Positions 47,425 through 55,951 of a stretch of 55,951 bases of DNA are shown here, in pieces; position 1 is the stretch's first letter, and each line of letters opens with the position of its first letter. The DNA is from an uncultured virus (IMG/VR IMGVR_UViG_3300042308_001603). Its lineage: Duplodnaviria > Heunggongvirae > Uroviricota > Caudoviricetes. The DNA is taken from the IMG/VR virus record IMGVR_UViG_3300042308_001603; one strand, 5' to 3'. Under the pieces are notes generated by a model. It worked only from the letters and a program-made list of their open reading frames with translations. It was not told where the DNA came from and made no database searches. The position numbers and the translations under genes were made by a program.

Positions 47425-49774
47425 ATTGCTTTCTTTTTAATACTATAAATTTTCCTTTTTCTCCTGATTTGGATGTAAAATCTAAACCTGCATCCTTTCT
47501 AGAATAATCTGGGAGTTGGTTTGTTTTTGTTAAATTATTATATACATTCCAATATCCACTTTCATCTAAACTTGATATTCCTATGTATTCTGGTTTTATT
47601 TCTTTAGTAAAATCTAATATAATTTTATATATTGTTGATAATATTTTTATGTAATTTTCTTTAGCATTTCTTGTTGGTAAAGAAGGATTGGGATTTTTAT
47701 TTCCTATTTCATGAAAATCAATACTATAAAATGAGTTACTATTATATGGGTTTTTATCTAATTTTATTATTCTATAATTATAATCATATTCCCCCACAGT
47801 AAAATCTCCATTATCTAAATCACCATATATTTCAACAGCATTGTTTGGATTAAGAGTTATTTCATTTACTTTTAATTCATGAAGTTGAGAAAAAATTTTA
47901 TTTGAAAGCTTTGGAGTGTAATTATATTTTGGGGTATCAACAATCCATTCATTTATGTTTTTTTTTAAACTATCCTCCCAATTTCTAAAAGTCATATTTC
48001 CATTAAGATACGCTTCTTTTTCTAACTCTTCCAAATTACCATCCTCATTAGTGTTAGTTGTTTTAATATTATTTAATCTACCTTCATTGTCTTGAATACG
48101 ATGAATCATTTCATGAGCATATGAACGTAATATATCTTTTGGGTGTCTATTTAATGTAAACAACGTTATTGAACAATTGTTTGGATCATAGTGGGCTGTT
48201 TTACCTAATACATTATTAGCGTTTTCTAAATCGTTTTTTATGATTATTAATTTAGGTAATGGTTTAATATTCATTCCGTTATTAATCATATATTTAGTTA
48301 ACGATACTAAAGCACTTTTAAAATCCATAGGTTGTTCGTGTTGGCAACCGCATCCTTCTGCTATTCCATCTATACCTAAAGCATTAAACACATCTTGCTT
48401 ATCTAAACCATCAGGAATAAATTTAGTAATATCTTGTCCTGATCTAAGTGCGTTTCTAAAATCTGTAGCGTTTATATTTCCTCCATCTGAAGTGGTAGTG
48501 CCACCATCAAATGTTTCAGCATTCATATAGCGAGGGTCTTTACCTACATTTCTATATCTATCTTCTTCTCCTTTACCATATACTGCTACATAGTAATTAT
48601 TTTGATTTGCTTCAATAGTATCTAAAACATAAGTTACAGGAGAACCTTGGATAATTTTAATATCAAGTTTTCCACCTAATAATGTATTATATAATTCCCA
48701 AACTTTTTTACTTTGTTCAGCAGTTATTCCATCAACAGGTTTTGAAGAAATAATAATTTCTACTCTATTTACTTTTTTAAGTAACTGTTTAGCTACATCA
48801 AAATGACCTTTGTGAGGTGGTTTGAATTTGCCTGGGTATAAAGCAATTGATTCTTTAGTAATTTCTTCAACTATAAAATCAGATATTAATTCTCTAACTA
48901 AACCTTTAAATAGCATATTTTCTAACATACTATCTACTGAGTTTAGTGCTATTTGTTTGTTGTCACCTTTAGGTGTGCCTACTTCTCCACTCTTAATAGA
49001 TACCATTGATTTAAAAATACCTTTAATTCTATTTTTTGAGCGTGGATTTTTTAAAGTAGAAGCTAATTCTTTTAGTAATGTTTTAAAATCAGTATCAATA
49101 TTATAATTAGCAAATAATTTTTTTACTGTATTCCAGTCTGATGATTTCCAGACATCTGTTCTATCTATTTCTTTAAAATTATCTAATGTAACTATACGTA
49201 AAGTTAAGCCAACACCAGATAAATTAAATTCATATTCTTGATTTGGTTCAAGTTCCGGTACATTTGTAATACCTAAACGTTTAAATATTGATTTAGGATC
49301 TTCCTCTAAGCAAATTACTTTAGCTAAACCTAAAAGTAATCCTTGTACTTCAGCTGAGTAATCAAGGAATGTATTTTTGAATGTTGATTCTTCTTCACTA
49401 ATAGATACAATATTGTCTATTTGAACAAATTGATCAGGAATACCAACTATTGGATATAATATAGTTACTAATTCACCACTACTAAGTGATTTTTTACCTT
49501 TGTATTTATCACTTTTAAATGGTACTATGACTGAGTCAGGGAGAGTAGCAAAATATTTAGCTAAATCCTGCTTGATAATTTTTTTATCTGTACCGTCTAA
49601 TTGAACAATTAAATCAATGTCTCCAAAATCTTGTTTAGTCCCGGCATTATATGAACCAGTTACTTTAGCTTTTTTAAATCCAGGAAATTTAGATAAAACT
49701 TTATCTATATAATCTTGAACGGTTTTTTCTACTACCTCTTTAGGTATTCTATTTCCACCAGCTGATCCTGACAT
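47414..49774 (-). CDS. Multidomain protein: Pol-beta nucleotidyltransferase + HIGH nucleotidyltransferase + HExxH zincin + C-terminal domain
   Basis: TGS...FGDIDL...VQID; YPGKFKPPHKGH...INATDFR; AHEMIH...E.EA. Confidence 0.75.
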   Translation of the reverse strand: MSGSAGGNRIPKEVVEKTVQDYIDKVLSKFPGFKKAKVTGSYNAGTKQDFGDIDLIVQLDGTDKKIIKQDLAKYFATLPDSVIVPFKSDKYKGKKSLSSGELVTILYPIVGIPDQFVQIDNIVSISEEESTFKNTFLDYSAEVQGLLLGLAKVICLEEDPKSIFKRLGITNVPELEPNQEYEFNLSGVGLTLRIVTLDNFKEIDRTDVWKSSDWNTVKKLFANYNIDTDFKTLLKELASTLKNPRSKNRIKGIFKSMVSIKSGEVGTPKGDNKQIALNSVDSMLENMLFKGLVRELISDFIVEEITKESIALYPGKFKPPHKGHFDVAKQLLKKVNRVEIIISSKPVDGITAEQSKKVWELYNTLLGGKLDIKIIQGSPVTYVLDTIEANQNNYYVAVYGKGEEDRYRNVGKDPRYMNAETFDGGTTTSDGGNINATDFRNALRSGQDITKFIPDGLDKQDVFNALGIDGIAEGCGCQHEQPMDFKSALVSLTKYMINNGMNIKPLPKLIIIKNDLENANNVLGKTAHYDPNNCSITLFTLNRHPKDILRSYAHEMIHRIQDNEGRLNNIKTTNTNEDGNLEELEKEAYLNGNMTFRNWEDSLKKNINEWIVDTPKYNYTPKLSNKIFSQLHELKVNEITLNPNNAVEIYGDLDNGDFTVGEYDYNYRIIKLDKNPYNSNSFYSIDFHEIGNKNPNPSLPTRNAKENYIKILSTIYKIILDFTKEIKPEYIGISSLDESGYWNVYNNLTKTNQLPDYSRKDAGLDFTSKSGEKGKFIVLKRKQYEI

Positions 49775-50739
49775 TATGCTTTTTTATATTTAGTTAGGTT
49801 AGAGTTGTCTGGTAAGAATTTACCTTTAAGTCCTAAGCGGTCTTGATTTTTAATCCAATAATCTTGAAGATCTAAAGGTATGTCAGCTCGAGTTGAGTCT
49901 AGTATTTTTAAATATGTGTCAAGTATTTTATTTAATTTGTCTTCTGGTAAATTTTTCTTTAAATAATCCATTAATTCAAAATAATCATTAAGAATATCTT
50001 GAGTTAAATCTATACCAAACCCACCATTTAATACTTGTATTGCCTCTTGAGGGGTAGTTGCTAAAGTTTCTCCAGTTGCTTTTGAAGTAACACCAGTACT
50101 ATGTTTAAACATCATATCCAAGGCTTGAAACATAGATAACATTAATTGTGTTCTATGTAAGCCTTTAACATTGTCTTTGTAGGTATTTGAATAGTAACTA
50201 AAATTTAACCAATCCAAGTTACCTACATTAATGTCAATTTGTACGGATTTATCATCTACAATTTTACCTTTTTCATTATACTGAGGGAAATTACAAAATA
50301 TTGAACCACCACCTGCTGATTTAATATCTGTGTTGATAAATTGAGAGGTTTCTTCAATGTGTATAGCTATTAATTGTAACATAGCTTTTAATTTACTTTG
50401 GGTTTCAGTAGCTGATCTTGAACGTTTTCTGAGGTTGTTGTATAAAGCATCAAACTCAGCTTTATCTATACCCCAATTAGATAATAATGGATTACCATTT
50501 TTATCCATAAATTGGTCAACACTCATACCCAAATCAATATCTCCAGACTCGTCTTTTTTACCGACTGAGCCTAGAGTATTAAATTTGAAATCTACTTTTG
50601 GAAAAATTCGTTTAAGTTCTGCTGTAAATTTAGATAATGTAGGTTGTATGTATTCTTTTTTGATGCTAGAAGTGGTGCCAAAGACATTGCCTCCTTCATC
50701 AATAACTAATTCTTTTAAAAGTTGGAATAAAGAAATCAT
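49774..50739 (-). CDS. Pol-beta superfamily nucleotidyltransferase with cargo leader
   Basis: MISLFQLLKELVIDE/GGNVF; LGSVGKK..SGDIDL...VQID; ATG at 50739. Confidence 0.75.
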   Translation of the reverse strand: MISLFQLLKELVIDEGGNVFGTTSSIKKEYIQPTLSKFTAELKRIFPKVDFKFNTLGSVGKKDESGDIDLGMSVDQFMDKNGNPLLSNWGIDKAEFDALYNNLRKRSRSATETQSKLKAMLQLIAIHIEETSQFINTDIKSAGGGSIFCNFPQYNEKGKIVDDKSVQIDINVGNLDWLNFSYYSNTYKDNVKGLHRTQLMLSMFQALDMMFKHSTGVTSKATGETLATTPQEAIQVLNGGFGIDLTQDILNDYFELMDYLKKNLPEDKLNKILDTYLKILDSTRADIPLDLQDYWIKNQDRLGLKGKFLPDNSNLTKYKKA

Positions 50740-50762
50740 CAATTACTTTTATCATAAATATG

Positions 50763-51557
50763 TTAAATACTTGGACTAATTTGGATTTCTGTAGGGAAAT
50801 GTTCAGCTGTGGGTTTTGGGTTAGGATGTTCTAATTTATACAATTCATGTATATGTTCAAATATTTTTAAGTTTTCTTCGATTGATTTATCTGGTTCATG
50901 TACTTCCCAACCTTTACCTTGCATTTTATTACCTTTTTTATCTTCACCGCGTTTAGATGATTTCATCCATAATATACCAATACGATCAATTTTTTCTTCA
51001 TATAACTCATTCCATGCCTGAGCATATGCTGATAGTTGAAAGTCTTGACTGGCATGTAATGAATTTGATGTTTTAATATCTAATAGCCATTTTTCTCCTT
51101 CTATTTCTAATACTAAATCACAAGTTCCAGCAAACATATATACATCTGAAAATAAATGGATTTCACTTTCAATTAATGTTGGTTTATGTGTAATCCAAAA
51201 CTCATGAAATTTTAAAATCATTTTCCAAACATCTAATGAATATTTTGAATATCCTTCTTCATTAATTAATGATATTTTTTCACCTTGAAGATATCTTTCA
51301 ATAGCATCGTGTACTTGTGTGCCTTCATCTGCTGCTTTTCGAGCTATAACGTCAGCATTATGTCCAACATCTTTTAACCAATTTTCAAAAAATTTACCTT
51401 TAGGCATGTACTGTAATATACTTGTTACAGATGGATAATATTTACCATTTCTGGTGTAATATCTATTATCTAAAATATTTACTCGTTTTGATTCAGTGTC
51501 TATTTCTACTAAGCGTTTAACGCTTTTCTTAAAGACATTTACATTTTTTTCTATCAT
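50763..51557 (-). CDS. PD-(D/E)xK (Cas4/RecB-like) exonuclease
   Basis: YPSVTSIL, GTQVH, AGTCD, LDIKTS, QLSAY motifs. Confidence 0.88.
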   Translation of the reverse strand: MIEKNVNVFKKSVKRLVEIDTESKRVNILDNRYYTRNGKYYPSVTSILQYMPKGKFFENWLKDVGHNADVIARKAADEGTQVHDAIERYLQGEKISLINEEGYSKYSLDVWKMILKFHEFWITHKPTLIESEIHLFSDVYMFAGTCDLVLEIEGEKWLLDIKTSNSLHASQDFQLSAYAQAWNELYEEKIDRIGILWMKSSKRGEDKKGNKMQGKGWEVHEPDKSIEENLKIFEHIHELYKLEHPNPKPTAEHFPTEIQISPSI

Positions 51558-52492
51558 ATTATTTGTAATTTTTTCTCAAGTAAGTTTGAGAATGTTAAAG
51601 GTAAAGTATTTTGTATTAAGTTAGTAAATTTTACAAATCCCATATCACTAGGATCTTTATCTGCTAAATCAACTAAATAAACCTCTTTACCTTCGTTCAT
51701 TAATTTTTCACAGAAATTAAGTGATTGTTTAATAGCATCTTTATCCAACGCTATATATATTTTTTCAACAGTAGAATTAATAATTTTTTTCATTAAACTA
51801 CTTTGTATTGTTTTACCTAAAAGTGGGATAACATTACGTTTAATAGCAATAGCATCGAACATCCCCTCACATAAAGTAATAGGTACATTCCAATTAATGA
51901 ATAATTCAAGTCCTATTATATCTCTTGGCACATCAGGATTTTTATACTTAATTGTAGAATTTTTATCAAAATTACGTGCCGTAAAATAATTTAGTGCACC
52001 ATCTGAATTATATGAAGGAATAATTATCATGTTTGAATAAATTCCAAATTCACAATAACCAATATTATATTTAATAATATCTTCTTTAGTAATATTTCGT
52101 TTAGTTAAGTAATTTATTGCTTTTTTAGCTACTAAACTATCGATTGGAGAAATAATTAAAGAAATAAATTCATCAGGCAATACAGCTCTTTTAACAGCGG
52201 TTATTTCTTGTTTTTCGTCTTTAGATGTTGATTTAGTTAAGAATTTTAGCTCGTTTATTTTATCAGAATCTGCGGTAATTTTTTTGAATAGTGTAGTTAA
52301 CTTTTTACCTTTAATACCACACACCCAACATTGATATGATTGAAAATGAGGCGATGATTCCTCTAAATTTATTTCAAGTTTTAACTTGTGGTGTTTACAT
52401 TCAGGGCAGTGGTATGCTCTATTACCTCTAGATGTTGATTTACCCACACCCAAAACCGAATCAATTAAATATATAAGAGCAGCATTATTCAT
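51554..52492 (-). CDS. DNA primase (Zn finger + TOPRIM)
   Basis: CPEC...CWVC, YLTKR, IIIP, EGMFDA, LDKDA, KDPSD. Confidence 0.88.
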   Translation of the reverse strand: MNNAALIYLIDSVLGVGKSTSRGNRAYHCPECKHHKLKLEINLEESSPHFQSYQCWVCGIKGKKLTTLFKKITADSDKINELKFLTKSTSKDEKQEITAVKRAVLPDEFISLIISPIDSLVAKKAINYLTKRNITKEDIIKYNIGYCEFGIYSNMIIIPSYNSDGALNYFTARNFDKNSTIKYKNPDVPRDIIGLELFINWNVPITLCEGMFDAIAIKRNVIPLLGKTIQSSLMKKIINSTVEKIYIALDKDAIKQSLNFCEKLMNEGKEVYLVDLADKDPSDMGFVKFTNLIQNTLPLTFSNLLEKKLQII

Positions 52493-52526
52493 TAACCATT
52501 AATATAAAAAAGAAATTTGGTAGAGC

Positions 52527-52967
52527 CTAATTTAAAAAATCTTTCCTATAAAATTTTCCTAATAAATTATCATTATAACTGTTTACTTGTAAAACATCAT
52601 ATTTGCACTGAGTGGCTAGTTCCCAATATGTTAGTAATTTTTTGTCAGAACATATAATTAGTATTTCTTTTAGGAAAGTTTTTTCACCTAAAGTTTTTAT
52701 ATCTTCTAATAAAAATTTATTACTACCCATATATTCAACCCAATTAGATTCTTTAATAACTAATTTTTTTGATGGTTTTTTACCACGTTGGGTTGGGAGT
52801 GCTTCTAATTCTTTTTTACCTAATTTAACATTAGTTTGAGACATTATTTGTTTTTTACCAATATAAAATTTACCAGTTGTTTTGTTAGTAATTTTATAGA
52901 TAAATCCAAATGTATTTTCAGGAAGATTTTCTAATTTATTTATAACTTTATTTTTATATAACCACAT
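52527..52967 (-). CDS. GIY-YIG endonuclease-family protein
   Basis: GFIYKITN...YIGKK, Y.GS, E...Q, YN.N. Confidence 0.85.
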   Translation of the reverse strand: MWLYKNKVINKLENLPENTFGFIYKITNKTTGKFYIGKKQIMSQTNVKLGKKELEALPTQRGKKPSKKLVIKESNWVEYMGSNKFLLEDIKTLGEKTFLKEILIICSDKKLLTYWELATQCKYDVLQVNSYNDNLLGKFYRKDFLN

Positions 52968-53872
52968 TATCTATCAATGTTAATTATTATATTCATGTCT
53001 GTTGTTGGAGATGAAGGTAGTGGTTGTGATAATTTAGCTACTGCTAATAAATTTTGTTGTCCATCATATAAACCAACTGTGGTAATATAAGGAGCAAAAA
53101 ACGATCCTGTAGCATAATCATATAATGTACTTCCTGAGAGTAAGCTAGGATTGTAACTTAAATTAAATTCGCTTTCTCTAATAGTACATTTATATTGTGT
53201 TTCATGTATAGTATAAGTACTTTCAAATGAAGTTGTAATATTTGAGCCTGTAATAAAGTAATCATATAAATTTATTGAGCCTGATATTGAGGCGGTAGTA
53301 AGAGTTATTATACCATGTGAGTAAATAATATTGCCTACTATAGATGAAGAATTATTTAAGTATATATTTCCTTCACCATCATCTATTAGACTATTACTTG
53401 CTGAGGTTAATGTAAATGATTTGGGTTTAATTTGTTCTCCAAATAAAGTAGAAGGAATAGAAATTATTCCTATTTGATCATTTGATCCAGTTGGAAAATA
53501 TCTATATGGAGTTAATGTTGATTGTAAATAATTTTCATAACTTGGTTGTTGTTTATTTGATTGTAATATTACTCCATTATCAATAATAGTTAAAATAGCT
53601 TCATCACCTTTACTAGATGATAAAAAGTTAGTGTAATATAATTCTTTAATTGAATTATAAACTAATCGTTGATAAGAACCAGTATTAACATATCCTGTAG
53701 TAGGATCAGTTATTGGATTAAAAAGTGTATCTGTTATATTAGTACCTATTAATCTATCAATTCCAACATCTGAAGTAATAAGGGAGCTACCCCCATAAAA
53801 AGTAAATGATTTATTTACCTTAAAAGGAGTAACTATAACATCTTGAGAAAGAAATTGTTTGAAAACGCTCAT
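52967..53872 (-). CDS. Baseplate/tail structural protein
   Basis: DDGEGN, VGNIIYSHG, YITTVGLYD..NLLAVAKLS; paralogue of next gene. Confidence 0.7.
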   Translation of the reverse strand: MSVFKQFLSQDVIVTPFKVNKSFTFYGGSSLITSDVGIDRLIGTNITDTLFNPITDPTTGYVNTGSYQRLVYNSIKELYYTNFLSSSKGDEAILTIIDNGVILQSNKQQPSYENYLQSTLTPYRYFPTGSNDQIGIISIPSTLFGEQIKPKSFTLTSASNSLIDDGEGNIYLNNSSSIVGNIIYSHGIITLTTASISGSINLYDYFITGSNITTSFESTYTIHETQYKCTIRESEFNLSYNPSLLSGSTLYDYATGSFFAPYITTVGLYDGQQNLLAVAKLSQPLPSSPTTDMNIIINIDR

Positions 53873-53875
53873 TCA

Positions 53876-54907
53876 TTAAAAATCTAATTTTACTCTTAAT
53901 AGCATTTCTTTTGTGAAATCCTTTTTAAATGGTTTTGATAATTTAGCTACTGCTAATAATTCATTAGAATCGTTATATAATCCTACAGTTGTAATAAATG
54001 TTTGAGGATTGTTTATAAAACTATCGTATAATACAGCACCAGTACTTCCAGAAATAAAACTTGAGTTTTCTGAGTAATTGAATTCAGCATTTCTAGCTCT
54101 TACAAATATATAATCTGAAGTGATAGTTTCTTGGGAATTTAATGTAAAAGAAGCTGCTCCACTAATTGCATTATAAATAGCTCTACTATTTAATCCATTT
54201 GAGTTGTTTGTTCTATTGGCTGTTAATCCTATACCACCATCAGCTGCTACTGCACCTAATGCTAAAGGATTTAACATTAATATTCCTATATCTGGTAGGA
54301 ACCAACCATATGATCCAGAAGCAGCATTATTTCCACCTGCCCAACCATTAGAATTTACTCCAGTATAAACTGTTCCAGATGAGCCACTAACTAAGTTATA
54401 TAATCTACCAGCATCAGTAAATACATTAGTAGTTGTAACTCTAGAATCATCTGTTAATGAAATAGTATCCCCACCATTAGATAATAGTAAGTTAGTTGAT
54501 CCAGGGAATAATGATTCTTTGTATCTATTCCTTTCTATGTTAATAACATAGAAGTTAGAGGCTAAAATATTACCAAATATAAAATTTGCATTTTCATCAC
54601 CTAAAACTAAATTACGGTATTGACCATAGATAGTTCTAGTAGGAGAAACACCTATAACTGCTGGGTCATAGTATATACTTCCACTTCCTACTTTATCTCC
54701 ATAAGTTAAATCAAATTGAACTTCAGCATCATATAATGCAGAGGAGGTTTGATAAACACTTAAATAATATGTACCTGCAGGACTTGCCTCCTGGATTGAT
54801 GAAGTATAAAATGATGTTAATGTTGGTAAATATCCTGACCAAAGTGTAGCAGTGATGCTATCAGCGGATAATAGAAAATCTTCGGAATCTAGTCTTTTAA
54901 AAGCCAT
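53876..54907 (-). CDS. Baseplate/tail structural protein
   Basis: EFNYSEN, FITTVGLYND.NELLAVAKLSKP. Confidence 0.7.
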   Translation of the reverse strand: MAFKRLDSEDFLLSADSITATLWSGYLPTLTSFYTSSIQEASPAGTYYLSVYQTSSALYDAEVQFDLTYGDKVGSGSIYYDPAVIGVSPTRTIYGQYRNLVLGDENANFIFGNILASNFYVINIERNRYKESLFPGSTNLLLSNGGDTISLTDDSRVTTTNVFTDAGRLYNLVSGSSGTVYTGVNSNGWAGGNNAASGSYGWFLPDIGILMLNPLALGAVAADGGIGLTANRTNNSNGLNSRAIYNAISGAASFTLNSQETITSDYIFVRARNAEFNYSENSSFISGSTGAVLYDSFINNPQTFITTVGLYNDSNELLAVAKLSKPFKKDFTKEMLLRVKLDF

Positions 54908-54931
54908 TGTTTTATTTTAAATTTTTATATA

Positions 54932-55588
54932 TTAAACTTTTTTAATTGTAACTGGTATTGTTAATCTAGCACCAGAATCACGTCCTACTACTATTAATGA
55001 AGCATATAATTCATTGTATTGAGTACCAAATAATGTATTAATAGTTGTTGCTGTTAAATTAATTGTAGTACCTACTACTGTTTTAGAAACATTAGTTCCA
55101 ACTGTTGTACTTTGATTTAATGCTTGAACATCTGCTGTATTAACACCTACACCTGTAAAGCTGTTAAATAAACGAATGTCTGAAATAGTTGCTGTATATC
55201 CAGATGATTCAAATGTTGAGTTACCACCTAAATAATTTAATGTTTGAGGAGTAATTGCTAATGAAGCACCTTGTTTTAATACTATTGAAGCATAACCTAA
55301 ATCTAAAATAGGTAATTTTGAAGTTCCACGAGGTAATGTAGTTAATTTATACTTCATTACTTGCGTTTCTATAGGAAATGCTTCTAAAAGAGGCATGTTT
55401 TCAATTGCTTGACCATAATAAGCAGAGCCTGATGGGTGTGTTGGATTATATAATGTATAATCGATTTCATCATCTGCTAATGCAAATTGTGTAATTCTAA
55501 AACTGCCATCACTTTTAGCTAATAGTTCACGGCCTTTAGTAGTTAAAATAGCGTCTATTGTTACTACGGTATTATTAAGATATCCCAT
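54932..55588 (-). CDS. Baseplate/tail structural protein
   Basis: DAILTTKGRELLA...ITQFALADDEIDY; ATATTTAT motif upstream. Confidence 0.7.
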   Translation of the reverse strand: MGYLNNTVVTIDAILTTKGRELLAKSDGSFRITQFALADDEIDYTLYNPTHPSGSAYYGQAIENMPLLEAFPIETQVMKYKLTTLPRGTSKLPILDLGYASIVLKQGASLAITPQTLNYLGGNSTFESSGYTATISDIRLFNSFTGVGVNTADVQALNQSTTVGTNVSKTVVGTTINLTATTINTLFGTQYNELYASLIVVGRDSGARLTIPVTIKKV

Positions 55589-55616
55589 TTTTTATTGTTT
55601 TATGATTATAAATATA

Positions 55617-55951
55617 TTAATTTTGAGGTTTATTTCCAAAGTTTTGTGTTATATAATTTAAATTTTCTGTTATTGTAGGACTAGAACTGGTAGTTGTTAA
55701 ATTTCCTGGACCTAATTTAACTAAATCTGTGTTGTTAAAGAAAATAGTATTTGAATTAGCTGGTGATTTCCAGATAATAAATGCACCTTCATTGTTTTGA
55801 CCAAAATAATTAGGAGGAGATGATGCTAGAGGTTTATTATTAATATATTTTCCAGCAGGAATATTTTTAAAATTTATACCAAAAAGATTAACAAAGCTAA
55901 TTTCAAATGATCCATTAACACTAAAAGGATATTGTATCGGATCTAAAGATG
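55617..55951 (-). CDS. C-terminal part of a probable structural protein (start outside window)
   Basis: Open frame ending ...PTITENLNYITQNFGNKPQN-stop. Confidence 0.6.
   Translation of the reverse strand, partial: SLDPIQYPFSVNGSFEISFVNLFGINFKNIPAGKYINNKPLASSPPNYFGQNNEGAFIIWKSPANSNTIFFNNTDLVKLGPGNLTTTSSSPTITENLNYITQNFGNKPQN

Noticed and set aside
1150..52839. All plus-strand ORFs in the track (e.g. 2115..2510, 23889..24452, 33619..34032, 44424..44870)
   Set aside because: They lie antisense to convincing minus-strand genes, and their Ser/Phe/Ile-rich composition mirrors Glu/Lys codons
52527..52967. GIY-YIG gene as intron-encoded homing endonuclease
   Set aside because: Free-standing, coupled to the upstream gene; neighbours uninterrupted and no intron structure seen
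1..55951. tRNA genes, inteins or stop-codon reassignment
   Set aside because: Intergenic gaps are short with no cloverleaf seen; core proteins are full length under the standard code

Overview
A very AT-rich, gene-dense 56 kb segment of a large T4-superfamily myophage, with every credible gene on the minus strand. It holds the morphogenesis core: tape measure, tail tube and sheath, neck gp13-15, major capsid, scaffold, prohead protease, portal and large terminase. It also has a 9.6 kb fibre cassette flanked by paralogous genes, phoH, a denV-like glycosylase, a FAD oxidoreductase, a holin-like gene, an exonuclease, a primase, a GIY-YIG nuclease and baseplate genes. Host-type promoters (TTTG-N20-TAnnTTT), A-rich SD-less starts and an Hc1-like gene suggest a Bacteroidota host (inference). 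The most striking signal is an array of about 20 unrelated ORFs at about 24.6-28.7 kb and 33.6-50.7 kb. They share a few short leader or tail peptides (F-x-x-M-Q-x-L-A-G copied from the scaffold C-terminus, MIKLxxLLxE, KLxxhIRE) plus (I/L/V)-x-E protease sites. This points to a modular capsid-cargo system that packages and processes enzymes: two Pol-beta nucleotidyltransferases, a HIGH nucleotidyltransferase, zincins, an ADP-ribosyltransferase-like protein, a nuclease and AT-hook proteins. Also seen are a 20-copy ATATTTAT putative late promoter, two candidate pseudoknotted RNA leaders and a probable programmed frameshift in the tail chaperone. All family calls come from motif recognition by eye; no searches were run.
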